A DNA stretch of 64,000 bases from Candidatus Cloacimonadales bacterium (GTDB taxonomy: Bacteria; Cloacimonadota; Cloacimonadia; Cloacimonadales; JAIOQZ01). Location: NCBI GenBank assembly GCA_963674825.1, contig OY771587.1, positions 416,001 through 480,000 of the forward strand, in the 5' to 3' direction. The position numbers and the translations under genes were made by a program. Of this stretch, positions 30,390 through 40,004 are shown piece by piece (positions within the stretch are counted from its first letter, which is position 1; each line of letters begins with the position of its first letter). The notes beneath the pieces are model-generated. The model was not told the DNA's origin, did not search any database, and saw nothing but the letters and a program-made list of their open reading frames with translations.

Positions 30390-30965
30390 TTATTGACTAA
30401 CGGCTTCTTGTCCTGCTCTGAGCGCTTTGATGTTGAGATCTACGACCTCTTCACCTTTGCGACCGAAGATGAAACGAATACCGTCTTCGAGCTTCTCGAT
30501 GGGAATATCGAGGTAATCCGCGGCGGCACCGAGCATCACGATGTTGGATGCGCGAGCATTGCCGAGATTTTTCGCAATCGCTTCCGCGTCGATGAGTTTG
30601 AAGTTCTTGTGCTTCTTCACTTCCGCGTAGATGCCTTCTACTTCCGGGTAGTTTGTAATGTTCTTGAAGGGATTGGAGCTGGTAATCATCCAACCTTCTT
30701 CCGAAAGGTACGGTACGTAGCGAAGTGCTTCGAGTGGTTCAACGGCGAGGATCATGTCCGCACTTCCGTGCGCGATAAGATCGGAATAGATCGGCTTGCT
30801 GGAGATACGAAGGTGCGACTGAACGTCGCCACCACGCTGGCTCATGCCGTGAACTTCCGCCTGTTTCAGGTGAAGCTCGTTTTCCACAGCGGCGTAACCG
30901 ATAATGGCAGCGATGGAGAGGATACCCTGTCCACCGACTCCGGCGAGGATGATATCTTTCTTCAT
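30390..30965 (-). CDS. iorB: Indolepyruvate ferredoxin oxidoreductase subunit beta
   Basis: IILAGVGGQG and AEVHGMSQRGG.VQSH.R; start reassigned to MKKDII after AGGAGG. Confidence 0.93.
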   Translation of the reverse strand: MKKDIILAGVGGQGILSIAAIIGYAAVENELHLKQAEVHGMSQRGGDVQSHLRISSKPIYSDLIAHGSADMILAVEPLEALRYVPYLSEEGWMITSSNPFKNITNYPEVEGIYAEVKKHKNFKLIDAEAIAKNLGNARASNIVMLGAAADYLDIPIEKLEDGIRFIFGRKGEEVVDLNIKALRAGQEAVSQ

Positions 30966-30975
30966 GACTGGCCTC

Positions 30976-32562
30976 CTACCGTTTCTTCTTGTTGTAGACA
31001 TGGATACACGGCCTGCGCGGGATGATCACCGAAACGCCTTCGTACGCGATTTCTTCTTCGATCACCTTCACGTTTTCGTCGTGCAGTCTGCTGAGCGGGT
31101 TGAGCACGCGGATGTGTTCTTTTTCCACGCCAATGCCTTCGCAAATCTTCTCGAGACGGCCGGTCACGGAGGAATCCTGCATACCGGTCATCGCGGTGGT
31201 ATCGTTGTCGAGGATTACAACCACGACATTCGCTTTCTTATAAATCGCGTCGAGCAACCCGGTTATTCCCGAGTGACCGAAGGTCGAATCGCCAATAACA
31301 GCGACAGCCGGGAACAGACCGGCATCGGCAGCGCCAATCGCCATGGTGATGGACGCGCCCATATCGACGCAGGAGTTGATCGCCTTGTACGGAGGCATGA
31401 AGCCAAGAGTGTAGCAGCCGATATCGGAGAAGATGTGTCCTTGACCATACTTCTCGACGACCGCTGCCTTCAGCGCTTTGTAGCTATCGGCATGTGGGCA
31501 GCCAACACAAAGTGCCGGTGGACGTCCTACCATCAGTTTGGGCATCGGCTGAGACGGAAGCGCTGGCATTCCGAGTGCCTTACGCACTGTCGCAGGGTTG
31601 AGCTCGCCATCCCAGGAGAGGGTTCCGTCCATGCGTCCTTTGATCTTCAGGGTGTTGTCGAGGTAGCCGCGAAGCATCTCTTCGACCAACGGCATTCCTT
31701 CTTCTACCAGAAGAAGCTCGTCACATTCGGCGGCGATCTTTTCGATCATCTTTCTCGGCAGCGGATACTGACCGATCTTGACCAGCGGATGAGGACAGCC
31801 ATCAGGATAGTTTTCCATTACATAATTATATCCGAGTCCACAGGCGATGATGCCCAGCGACCTATCCGCACCGTCGAAATAGTGATTGAACGGTGATTCT
31901 TCAGAGGCTTTGACCATCTCGGCCTGTTTCTCGAGGTGATTTTTGTACTTAGCACGAGCAAACGCTGGAAGCAGCATGAACTGATTCGGATCGGTCGGTT
32001 TGCTCATCTCGTTTTCAGGAACTTCATCGCGACAGGTGACACCGGCTCTCGAGTGTGCGAGGCGGGTCGTTACCCTGAAGAGTACCGGAAGATGGAACTT
32101 CTCGGAAAGCTCGAATCCATGTTTCGCCATGTCGTAGGCTTCCTGCTGGTTCGATGGTTCCAGTGACGGAATCATGGCGAATTTCGCGAAGAAGCGAGAA
32201 TCCTGTTCATTCTGGGATGAGTGCATGGACGGGTCGTCCGCAACCGCGACAATCAGGCCACCGCTTGCGCCTGTGAGCGCTGAATTCATAAACGGATCGG
32301 CCGCAACATTGAGACCCACGTGTTTCATGGTCACAATCGCGCGCTTGCCGGCATACGACATACCGATCGCGGCTTCCATTCCTGTTTTCTCGTTGGCGTG
32401 CCATAGGCGCTTGACATCGCGCTGCTCTGCTTGCTTTGAAGCCTGGATATATTCGCCGATCTCCGTAGAGGGGGTTCCCGGGTATCCGTAGAAACCGGAA
32501 AGGCCGGCATCCAATGCTCCCTGCGCGAAAGCCTCGTCGCCTAACAACATCATTTTCTGCAT
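30976..32562 (-). CDS. iorA: Indolepyruvate ferredoxin oxidoreductase subunit alpha
   Basis: GYPGTPSTE, MKHVGLNVAAD, SSQNEQDSR, RPPALC.GCPH, DIGCY and TPP motif GDSTF.HSG; start at MQKMM after AAAGGAG. Confidence 0.94.
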   Translation of the reverse strand: MQKMMLLGDEAFAQGALDAGLSGFYGYPGTPSTEIGEYIQASKQAEQRDVKRLWHANEKTGMEAAIGMSYAGKRAIVTMKHVGLNVAADPFMNSALTGASGGLIVAVADDPSMHSSQNEQDSRFFAKFAMIPSLEPSNQQEAYDMAKHGFELSEKFHLPVLFRVTTRLAHSRAGVTCRDEVPENEMSKPTDPNQFMLLPAFARAKYKNHLEKQAEMVKASEESPFNHYFDGADRSLGIIACGLGYNYVMENYPDGCPHPLVKIGQYPLPRKMIEKIAAECDELLLVEEGMPLVEEMLRGYLDNTLKIKGRMDGTLSWDGELNPATVRKALGMPALPSQPMPKLMVGRPPALCVGCPHADSYKALKAAVVEKYGQGHIFSDIGCYTLGFMPPYKAINSCVDMGASITMAIGAADAGLFPAVAVIGDSTFGHSGITGLLDAIYKKANVVVVILDNDTTAMTGMQDSSVTGRLEKICEGIGVEKEHIRVLNPLSRLHDENVKVIEEEIAYEGVSVIIPRRPCIHVYNKKKR

Positions 32563-32670
32563 TGGCAACTCCTTTGATATTTCTGTATGTATGTGTTTTG
32601 ATTTACCTGAATGACAGGCTGCAATCCACTCATATCATGAGAGATACACCCCGAGTAAAGAATGTGGGCA

Positions 32671-32698
32671 ATCATATTGGATGTCGAATATCTGTCAA
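32671..32698 (-). promoter_or_regulatory. Putative sigma70 promoter of iorAB
   Basis: TTGACA-N16-TATGAT on the minus strand. Confidence 0.6.
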
Positions 32699-32714
32699 CC
32701 GAATCTGCGTTTTT

Positions 32715-33794
32715 CTAACCCTTGCAGTGATTACAACGAAGAATCTTCACCAACTTCCGGATACTCAACGCCGTTATCCTGCGCAGAGCTGGATGATTTG
32801 CAATGAACTGTGCCAGTTTCGGTCCCTTTCGATAATACCATGCGATAAATGCTCTTCCGGGAGCCGTTCTCACCAATATGTGGTCGCGAACGTCTCGCAA
32901 GATGTCCAGATCGGGATGGTCGCAACTGCCATAAGCCACGGTCGCGACGAAACAGTCTTTGAGCAATTTCGGAATCCGCGATTCGAAGAGCGTGCGGGAC
33001 GGTATCTTGCCTTCGTTGTTCTTTATATTCTGATCAGCGCCATGCTGTTGCAGCATTTTGATGATAGGTTGTCTATTAAGGTAATAAGCCAGATGCAGCG
33101 CGGTATCGCCTTTGTTGTCCTGGACATTGGCATTCGCATCGCGCGAAAGCAGGTATTTCGCCATCGCTGCCTGATCACCGAATACGGCATCTTGAAGCGG
33201 TGTGCGGCCCGACTTGGTTTGGGCGTTTATATCGGAACCAGCCTCCAAAAGTTTCTTTCCAAGGCTGATATCACCAAATCTCGCCGCGACATGCAACGGT
33301 GTGGCATTTTCTTTATTGGCGATGGATACATCAGCGCCTTTGCTGATGAGCAGCGCGGCAATATCCTCCATATCGTGTTTGAGAGAGAGAAAAAGCGCAG
33401 TTTCATTCTGATCGTTCACACCGTTGAGATAAATCCCTGATTCAATCATCTCTTTCGCAATGCGTGTCAGGCCTGTATCGATGGCAAGCAGCAGCGCTGT
33501 GGAGTCGTCGGGATTCATGCTGTTTTTCGTATCGCTGATGCGCGACCACAGGTAGGTTGAAGTGCTGTCCAGGTGACTGGCCAGCGATTGCCGGAAGAGC
33601 TTGCGAATGATCCGGTCATCCGGTTGATAGCGCGAGAAGAGACGTTTTGCGATCGTGTCCGCCATCTCTTTGCGTTGTGTTGCGATCGCCTGCTCCATGG
33701 TTTCTACCCACGGAATGTCCTGTCCTGTATCCAGAATCTGGCAAAGTGTATGCATGTCTCCGGTGCGGATCGCTTCTTTCAGCCGATCGTTCAT
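32715..33794 (-). CDS. Ankyrin-repeat protein with a C-terminal CFI-box-CTERM domain
   Basis: About five TALLLA/TPLHVAA/TALHLA ankyrin repeats, then CFVATVAYGS...LRDVRD.IL....GRAFIAWYY..GP.LA; GGAGG RBS. Confidence 0.85.
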   Translation of the reverse strand: MNDRLKEAIRTGDMHTLCQILDTGQDIPWVETMEQAIATQRKEMADTIAKRLFSRYQPDDRIIRKLFRQSLASHLDSTSTYLWSRISDTKNSMNPDDSTALLLAIDTGLTRIAKEMIESGIYLNGVNDQNETALFLSLKHDMEDIAALLISKGADVSIANKENATPLHVAARFGDISLGKKLLEAGSDINAQTKSGRTPLQDAVFGDQAAMAKYLLSRDANANVQDNKGDTALHLAYYLNRQPIIKMLQQHGADQNIKNNEGKIPSRTLFESRIPKLLKDCFVATVAYGSCDHPDLDILRDVRDHILVRTAPGRAFIAWYYRKGPKLAQFIANHPALRRITALSIRKLVKILRCNHCKG

Positions 33795-34063
33795 GAAGCT
33801 CAACCTCCGTTGAATAATATACCGTGTGTGTTCAATGTGCTTTCCAATCTCAGCAAGTCAGGTGTGCGTGTTACCAAAAAGTGGTCAGCGCTGCGAAATC
33901 TGTCAAATGAAATTCGGAGTACGAGGCATTCAAGAATGTTATGCAACAATTCTTCTTCAACTCGTTTGATATGTCCGCATATATATATACACCATCGCGA
34001 CGATATTAATCTTGACAGCTTTTTTTCAACAGCCATTAAATTGAACAAGTCAAGGAGGAATTT

Positions 34064-34777
34064 CTGGATCAACTTAAATTTGAAATTTGGGATGTTTTTG
34101 CAAATATCCTATCATACTTTCTGACTGGAACGATGGTGTTTTTGAATGTACTATTATATCGACACTCCATTATTCAGAATCTCACTCAGTGGATTTTCAA
34201 CAATGATACTCCAGCACCAACACTCATGCTTTTCATCATGATTGTTCCCTATGTCATAGGATTACTTCTTGAACCTTTCTCAGCATTTCACTACAGACTG
34301 ATAAGGTATCTCTTTACCACATTTGCGCTCCACAGAATCCAAAAAAGCAACGAGACTGCGGAAGATCCGCATGATTTCCGTATCTATCCTTTTATATCCC
34401 AATTTCGGCTCATTAACATTCTAAAAAATGAGGTAAAGAATTTCGTTCCCCATAAAAATATGATCTCCATAGAATTCTGTGAATCATATCTACAACAAAA
34501 AGGCATTGGAACAAGATTTCTTAGAAAACGCAGTATGGTGCTAATATATAGAAATATTGCCTTAATAATATTTGCCAACACGTTCTTTATTTTTTGCACA
34601 GGACTACTTATCTGGGAAAAAATCCTTATTGGATTCATTCTCGTTTTACTTTCAGTTGGCTTTGAGTTGAGATGCATTTCGTTCTGGCTCCAGTACTATT
34701 CCGAAACATACACTCTGTTTTTTATTACTCAGTCTCAAACAGGCGCGATTAAACAAGTACTTGATAAGACAGATTAA
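34064..34777 (+). CDS. AT-rich hypothetical membrane protein with about four TM segments; possible CTG start
   Basis: Hydrophobic segments. The ORF track starts it at 34133, but an AGGAGG RBS lies 5 nt before an in-frame CTG at 34064. Confidence 0.6.
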   Translation: MDQLKFEIWDVFANILSYFLTGTMVFLNVLLYRHSIIQNLTQWIFNNDTPAPTLMLFIMIVPYVIGLLLEPFSAFHYRLIRYLFTTFALHRIQKSNETAEDPHDFRIYPFISQFRLINILKNEVKNFVPHKNMISIEFCESYLQQKGIGTRFLRKRSMVLIYRNIALIIFANTFFIFCTGLLIWEKILIGFILVLLSVGFELRCISFWLQYYSETYTLFFITQSQTGAIKQVLDKTD

Positions 34778-34804
34778 AGCCTGCCCATTTCTGAGCAGGC
34801 TTTT
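34776..34804. terminator. Bidirectional terminator
   Basis: AAAGCCTGC-N10-GCAGGCTTTT between convergent genes. Confidence 0.8.
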
Positions 34805-34823
34805 CTAGAAAATAGTCAGGCTT

Positions 34824-35360
34824 TTACGCCTTGTATTCCATTCCTTTCTTGATAGCGGTTTCGTTGAGTTCGAGCAGATCCGGGCGTTTCTTACCCAGAG
34901 TAGCTTCAAGCTCAGCGATAACGGTTTCGTATTTCACCAGATCGATGTTCGCCAGCAGCGTTCCGATCGCGACCATATTCAGCACCTTCTGGTTACCGAT
35001 CTCGGTTGCGATCTTCGACATCGGGACATTCACGATTCTAACATCGTCTTTCTCGATACCGCGCGGACACATATCTTCGTTGGCGATGATCAGTCCACCG
35101 GGGCGCACGGAAGGTCCGAACTTGTCCAGCGACGGCTGATTGAGTGCCACAAGGACATCCATCTTGGTTACGAGGGGAGAAGCCACGGGCTCATCGGCAA
35201 TAACGACAGCCACGTTTGCAGTACCGCCACGCATTTCGGGCCCATAAGAAGGCAGCCAGGAGACGTTCTTGCCGTCTTTCATGCCTGCCAGCGCAAGGAA
35301 CTTACCGAATGTCAGAGCGCCTTGTCCACCGAATCCTGAGCAGATGATATCAGCTTTCAT
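34824..35360 (-). CDS. 2-oxoacid:ferredoxin oxidoreductase gamma subunit
   Basis: GFGGQG and SWLPSYGPEMRGGTAN; start reassigned to MKADII. Confidence 0.92.
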   Translation of the reverse strand: MKADIICSGFGGQGALTFGKFLALAGMKDGKNVSWLPSYGPEMRGGTANVAVVIADEPVASPLVTKMDVLVALNQPSLDKFGPSVRPGGLIIANEDMCPRGIEKDDVRIVNVPMSKIATEIGNQKVLNMVAIGTLLANIDLVKYETVIAELEATLGKKRPDLLELNETAIKKGMEYKA

Positions 35361-36112
35361 TTGTCTTCTCCTTCTGCACCGCGATCGCGGAACAAGCCGA
35401 GCTTGAAGAACGGCAGCATGTTTTCTTTCGCCCACTGCAGCGAGTCAACCGGCGTTAAACCCCAGTTGGTCGGGCAGGTCGAGATGAATTCGATGAAGGT
35501 GAAACCGCGGTTTTCTTTATTATAGGTAAGCGCTTTCTTCACGGCTTTCTTTGCCTTCATGATATCCGGCGCGGAAAGCAGCGACACCCTTTCGATATAA
35601 TAAGGCGCGTTCAGAGAATTGAGAAGCTCGCTGACCTGAATCGGATAGCCGATATCTTTCGCGTCGCGTCCGTACGGAGAAGTACTGGTCTTCATTCCGG
35701 GCAGCGTGGTCGGAGCCATCTGGCCACCGGTCATGCCGTAAATCGCGTTGTTGACGAAGAATACGGAGATTTTCTCACCACGATTGGCAGCGTGGATAAT
35801 CTCGGCTGTACCGATCGCCGCGAGATCGCCATCACCCTGATAGGTGAATACATGCATGTCGGGTCTGGCTCGTTTCATACCGGTGGCAACCGCCGGAGCG
35901 CGTCCGTGAGCGGCTTCCGCCATATCGATATCGAAGAATTTATAAGCGAACACGGAGCAGCCGACCGGAGCGACACCCATCATCTGATTGCGAAGTCCCA
36001 GTTCATCGATGGATTCCGCGATAAGACGGTGCGCCACGCCGTGCGTACAGCCCGGGCAATAGGTGAAATTGAGCTTTGTCAGTGATTCGGGGCGTTTTGC
36101 TATAACCTCCAT
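35357..36112 (-). CDS. 2-oxoacid:ferredoxin oxidoreductase beta (TPP-binding) subunit, Vor-type
   Basis: YCPGC.HG, AAHGRAPA, QGDGDLAAIG, YGMTGGQMAPT and CPTNW. Confidence 0.92.
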   Translation of the reverse strand: MEVIAKRPESLTKLNFTYCPGCTHGVAHRLIAESIDELGLRNQMMGVAPVGCSVFAYKFFDIDMAEAAHGRAPAVATGMKRARPDMHVFTYQGDGDLAAIGTAEIIHAANRGEKISVFFVNNAIYGMTGGQMAPTTLPGMKTSTSPYGRDAKDIGYPIQVSELLNSLNAPYYIERVSLLSAPDIMKAKKAVKKALTYNKENRGFTFIEFISTCPTNWGLTPVDSLQWAKENMLPFFKLGLFRDRGAEGEDK

Positions 36113-36121
36113 GTGTTCCTC

Positions 36122-37198
36122 CTACAAATTCTCTTCGATTTTAGCTTTGGCTTCTTCGGGTGTGAAGACGATTCCGCCGACCTTACCGAGGAATTCGACT
36201 TCCTTCTTACCGTTCACAGCCAGCTTTACGTCTTCGATCATCTGTCCCGAATTGTATTCGAACACGATCACTTTCTTGATTCCATCGTGCAGCGCGTCTT
36301 CGATCGCCTTGTACGGATAAGGCCATACGGTGATCGGACGGATCAGGCCGACATTCTTGCCTTCTGCCTTGAGCATATCGACAGCCGACTTCACGATACG
36401 GGAAGCGGTTCCGTATGCAACGCACAGAATCTCATTATCTTCGGAAAGATTGTATTCTTCCCAACGTTGTTCATTCTCTTTGATCTCATCGTAGACCCTC
36501 AGGAGGCCTTCGACGTGTTTTTCCAGCACTTCAGGATCGATCTCGAGCGAGTTGATCTCGTGGTGATGGTGATTGGGCTCGTCTTCGTTCGGACGCATCG
36601 CCCATGCTTCGTGCTGCTTGTTCAGCGCATCGATCTCTTGCTGGGTTTTCGGTTCCGCAAATTCCACCGGTTCCATCATCTGGCCAAGAAGACCATCCGA
36701 CAGGATCATCGACGGGGTTCTGTATTTATCGGCCAGGTCGAACGCGAGGCTTGCCATGTCGGCGAATTCCTGCACGGTGCTCGGTGCGAGAACGATGCAG
36801 TGGTAGTCGCCATGACCGCCACCCTTGGTAGCCTGGAAGTAGTCACCCTGTGCAGGCGCGATATCGCCTAGACCAGGTCCGCCACGTTGCACGTTGACGA
36901 TTACCGCGGGTAACTTTGCGCCAGCGATGTATGAGATACCTTCCATCTTCAGCGAGATTCCGGGTGAAGATGAAGAGGTCATGGCTCTTCTGCCGCATCC
37001 GGCAGCGCCATAAACCATGTTGATAGCGGCAACTTCACTTTCCGCCTGAAGAAATGTTCCGCCCACCTTGGGCATCATCTTCGCCATGTACTCGATCAAT
37101 TCGCTCTGCGGCGTGATCGGGTATGCGAAATAAAGACGACAGCCGGCACGAATGGCGGCTTCCGCTACGGCTTCGTTTCCTTTCATCAAAACCTTCAT
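36122..37198 (-). CDS. vorB: 2-oxoacid:ferredoxin oxidoreductase alpha subunit (VorB-like, 2-oxoisovalerate type)
   Basis: MKGNEA, YPITPQ, QAESEVAAINMVYGA and ATKGGGHGDY. Confidence 0.88.
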   Translation of the reverse strand: MKVLMKGNEAVAEAAIRAGCRLYFAYPITPQSELIEYMAKMMPKVGGTFLQAESEVAAINMVYGAAGCGRRAMTSSSSPGISLKMEGISYIAGAKLPAVIVNVQRGGPGLGDIAPAQGDYFQATKGGGHGDYHCIVLAPSTVQEFADMASLAFDLADKYRTPSMILSDGLLGQMMEPVEFAEPKTQQEIDALNKQHEAWAMRPNEDEPNHHHHEINSLEIDPEVLEKHVEGLLRVYDEIKENEQRWEEYNLSEDNEILCVAYGTASRIVKSAVDMLKAEGKNVGLIRPITVWPYPYKAIEDALHDGIKKVIVFEYNSGQMIEDVKLAVNGKKEVEFLGKVGGIVFTPEEAKAKIEENL

Positions 37199-37210
37199 GA
37201 GAGCCTCCGT

Positions 37211-37414
37211 TTATTTCTCAATTGTTATTGCGACATCAGGGCAGATCGTGTAGCAAAATCTGCAAGCGATACAGGAATCCGGATCGAAACACTCCGAATA
37301 GTGGTAACCCTTCTGGTTAATATTCTCGGAAAATCGCAGGATCTTTTTGGGACATGCATGAATACATAACCCGCAGCCCTTACAATAGTTCGGATCGATT
37401 GTAACTCGCGGCAT
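37211..37414 (-). CDS. 2[4Fe-4S] ferredoxin (oxidoreductase delta subunit)
   Basis: CKGCGLCIHACP and CIACRFCYTICP. Confidence 0.93.
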   Translation of the reverse strand: MPRVTIDPNYCKGCGLCIHACPKKILRFSENINQKGYHYSECFDPDSCIACRFCYTICPDVAITIEK

Positions 37415-37771
37415 GACGTTCTCCTTTCTAAATGATCATGATTAGGACACCCCTACTTCTGGACGCGGATTTGTCAACTGGAAATAATTGTTTTCATGCT
37501 TTCAAGATGTGCAAAATCCATTGTCCTCTCGATTGGGCAAGACTTCCGTCAGTTTTCACAGATTCGCTCGCAAATGTCAAGCGGGAAATCAATGTACGAG
37601 TGCTAAAACGTTTACTGGAATTCGTGTGTCTGCCATACTGGTTAACCACATCTAAAAAAGATTGACAATCAATAGAAATTGGGGAAAAATAATTTTCGTG
37701 GAACAGAATATGCAATAAATAAGAGAGGCATTTTTACAAACCGTTCCGGCGTAAACAGAGAGGAGGAATTT

Positions 37772-39859
37772 ATGCGTTATGCACTGTTTACTGGTATGCT
37801 GGTACTACTGATGTGGGGTAACCTTTTTGCCAACGGCGTAACCATCATTGATGGTGAGGATGGCGAATGTTTCGAACTTCGCGAGAGCCACGTGGATGTG
37901 GTTGTCGATAACCAGATTGCGATCGTAACAACAACCCAGAGATTCCGAAACCAGTACGGCTGGACTTACGCGCCCAAATACGGCTTCCCGCTCCCAGAGG
38001 GAGCCAGCGCGACTCAACTCCGCTGGTTGTATGAAGGCGATTGGCACGAAGCGGTTATCGCACCGGTTGTGCAGGATTCAACGCCACCAGGTCCCGGCGA
38101 AGAATGGGCTGACAACCTTGTTAACTATCTGGGTGCAACGCCACTGTACTACAATCTGAATGAGTACCCGATTTTCGCCAATCAGGACATCACCATCGAG
38201 CTGACCTACGTGATGCTTCTGCCCTATGAATTCGGCGTTGTAACCTTCGGTTACCCAAATGATTACGACCTGATCCAGAGTTCCGCACTCGAATCGGCAT
38301 CGCTGCATTTCGAGCTGGATTCCGTTCGGCAGATTTCGAGCATCCAGGCCACAAGCCACAATCCCTCACTACTTACCAACGACGGGCATCATGCCGTTCT
38401 GGAGGTGACGGAAACCAATCAGCCAGCCGACACGGACTACCAGATCGAGTACTCGCTGAGTACAGATGAACTGGGGTTATTCGGCTTCAGCACCATGCTC
38501 GATTCGGTCCCGGATCTTCATGGAAACGGATTTTTCACCTTTATTGCCGAGCCCGATCCCAGCGAGAACGTGGTGATCAACAAGGTCTTTACGCTGATCG
38601 TCGATCGCTCCGGAAGTATGTCCGGCAATAAAATCGTTCAGGCTCGCAACGCCGCGAGCTATATCGTCAACCACCTGAACGAAGGCGATATGTTCAACAT
38701 CGTCTCTTTCTCCAGTTCGGTGTCGGAATTCCGGGACGAACATGTCATGTTCAATTCAACGAACCAGCAAAGCGCGTTATCATATATATCGGAATTGAAC
38801 GCCAACGGTAGTACGAACATCTCCGGCGCATTCAGCACCGCAGTTCCCGAGTTTGACGCCGCTTCCGACGACACAGCGAACATCATCATTTTCTTCACGG
38901 ATGGTGAGGCTACGGCCGGTATTACGAGTACTCCGCAGCTCGTTCAGCACGTTCACGATCTCGTAGCAGAAACCGAAACCAACATCTATCTCTTCAATTT
39001 CGGCATCGGTGATGACGCAAACGAACAGCTTCTGACCCTGCTCGCGCAGGATAACCAGGGCATGGCACAATTCCTCGAGGACAATGACCTCGAAGAGATG
39101 ATCACCGAATTTTATATGCTGATCCAGAACCCTGTATTGATCGACCCGGTCATCTCGTATTCTCCGACCGGGATCGTGGAAGAAACCTATCCCGATCCAG
39201 TCCCGAACCTATACCAGGGCCGCCAGTTGATCGTCAGCGGCCGGTACAACCAGTCAACAAACATCAACATCACCTTCAGCGGTATGGCTTACAATCAGGA
39301 GATGGTTTACGAATACGAAATGGGGCTGATCGATTACGCCGATCCGGATAAACAGTTCCTGCCGAAAATCTGGGCGAAAGAGAAGATCGAACACCTGATG
39401 ATCCTCTACTACACTTACGATGAAGACAGCATCGAGGCGGAAGAGATCAAGCAGCAGATCATCGATATCAGCATCGCCTACGGCGTGATGAGCCCATTCA
39501 CAAGCTTCCAGGACGATTATGGCATCGATAATGAGGGCGAAGAAGGCGAAGAGATGACTGATGACGCCCCGGCTGTCACTTTCAAGCTGCTGGGCAACTA
39601 TCCGAACCCGTTCAATCCCAGCACCGCGATCCGTTTCCAGATCAACACGAAGATTGACCAGATCGTAAAGGTGAAAATCTACAACGTGAAAGGACAGCTC
39701 GTTCGAGTTCTTGCGCTGCATGTCGATAATCCCGGCACCTACGAACTCATCTGGGATGGTCGCGACATGAAGAACAACCTGTGTGCCTCCGGTACCTATT
39801 TCTATATGATCGACTTCGGCGATGCGATTCTGTCATCCAAGATGTTGATGTTAAAGTAA
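37772..39859 (+). CDS. Secreted VIT + vWA domain protein with a C-terminal FlgD-Ig/T9SS-like sorting domain
   Basis: Signal peptide, VIT (Y.FPLPEGA), MIDAS DRSGSM, TDG, and NYPNPFNP...WDG...SG.YF...KMLMLK; start at the ATG after AGGAGG. Confidence 0.85.
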   Translation: MRYALFTGMLVLLMWGNLFANGVTIIDGEDGECFELRESHVDVVVDNQIAIVTTTQRFRNQYGWTYAPKYGFPLPEGASATQLRWLYEGDWHEAVIAPVVQDSTPPGPGEEWADNLVNYLGATPLYYNLNEYPIFANQDITIELTYVMLLPYEFGVVTFGYPNDYDLIQSSALESASLHFELDSVRQISSIQATSHNPSLLTNDGHHAVLEVTETNQPADTDYQIEYSLSTDELGLFGFSTMLDSVPDLHGNGFFTFIAEPDPSENVVINKVFTLIVDRSGSMSGNKIVQARNAASYIVNHLNEGDMFNIVSFSSSVSEFRDEHVMFNSTNQQSALSYISELNANGSTNISGAFSTAVPEFDAASDDTANIIIFFTDGEATAGITSTPQLVQHVHDLVAETETNIYLFNFGIGDDANEQLLTLLAQDNQGMAQFLEDNDLEEMITEFYMLIQNPVLIDPVISYSPTGIVEETYPDPVPNLYQGRQLIVSGRYNQSTNINITFSGMAYNQEMVYEYEMGLIDYADPDKQFLPKIWAKEKIEHLMILYYTYDEDSIEAEEIKQQIIDISIAYGVMSPFTSFQDDYGIDNEGEEGEEMTDDAPAVTFKLLGNYPNPFNPSTAIRFQINTKIDQIVKVKIYNVKGQLVRVLALHVDNPGTYELIWDGRDMKNNLCASGTYFYMIDFGDAILSSKMLMLK

Positions 39860-39888
39860 CTTACCAAACGTTTCACATCCACATAAAA

Positions 39889-39928
39889 TGCCCTTCTCCG
39901 CTATTCGCGGGGAGGGGCGCTCCTTTTT
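39889..39928 (+). terminator. Terminator after the VIT-vWA gene
   Basis: GCCCTTCTCCGC-TATTC-GCGGGGAGGGGC followed by T-rich sequence. Confidence 0.6.
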
Positions 39929-39955
39929 CAGGCAATGATTCCTGCACTCCAATAG

Positions 39956-39985
39956 AAAAGACCCGGCAACCGAAGCTACCGGGTC
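39956..39985 (-). terminator. Terminator after MCP1
   Basis: GACCCGG...CCGGGTC with a T-run on the minus strand. Confidence 0.7.
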
Positions 39986-40004
39986 ATTATTTTTAGCGAT
40001 TTAA

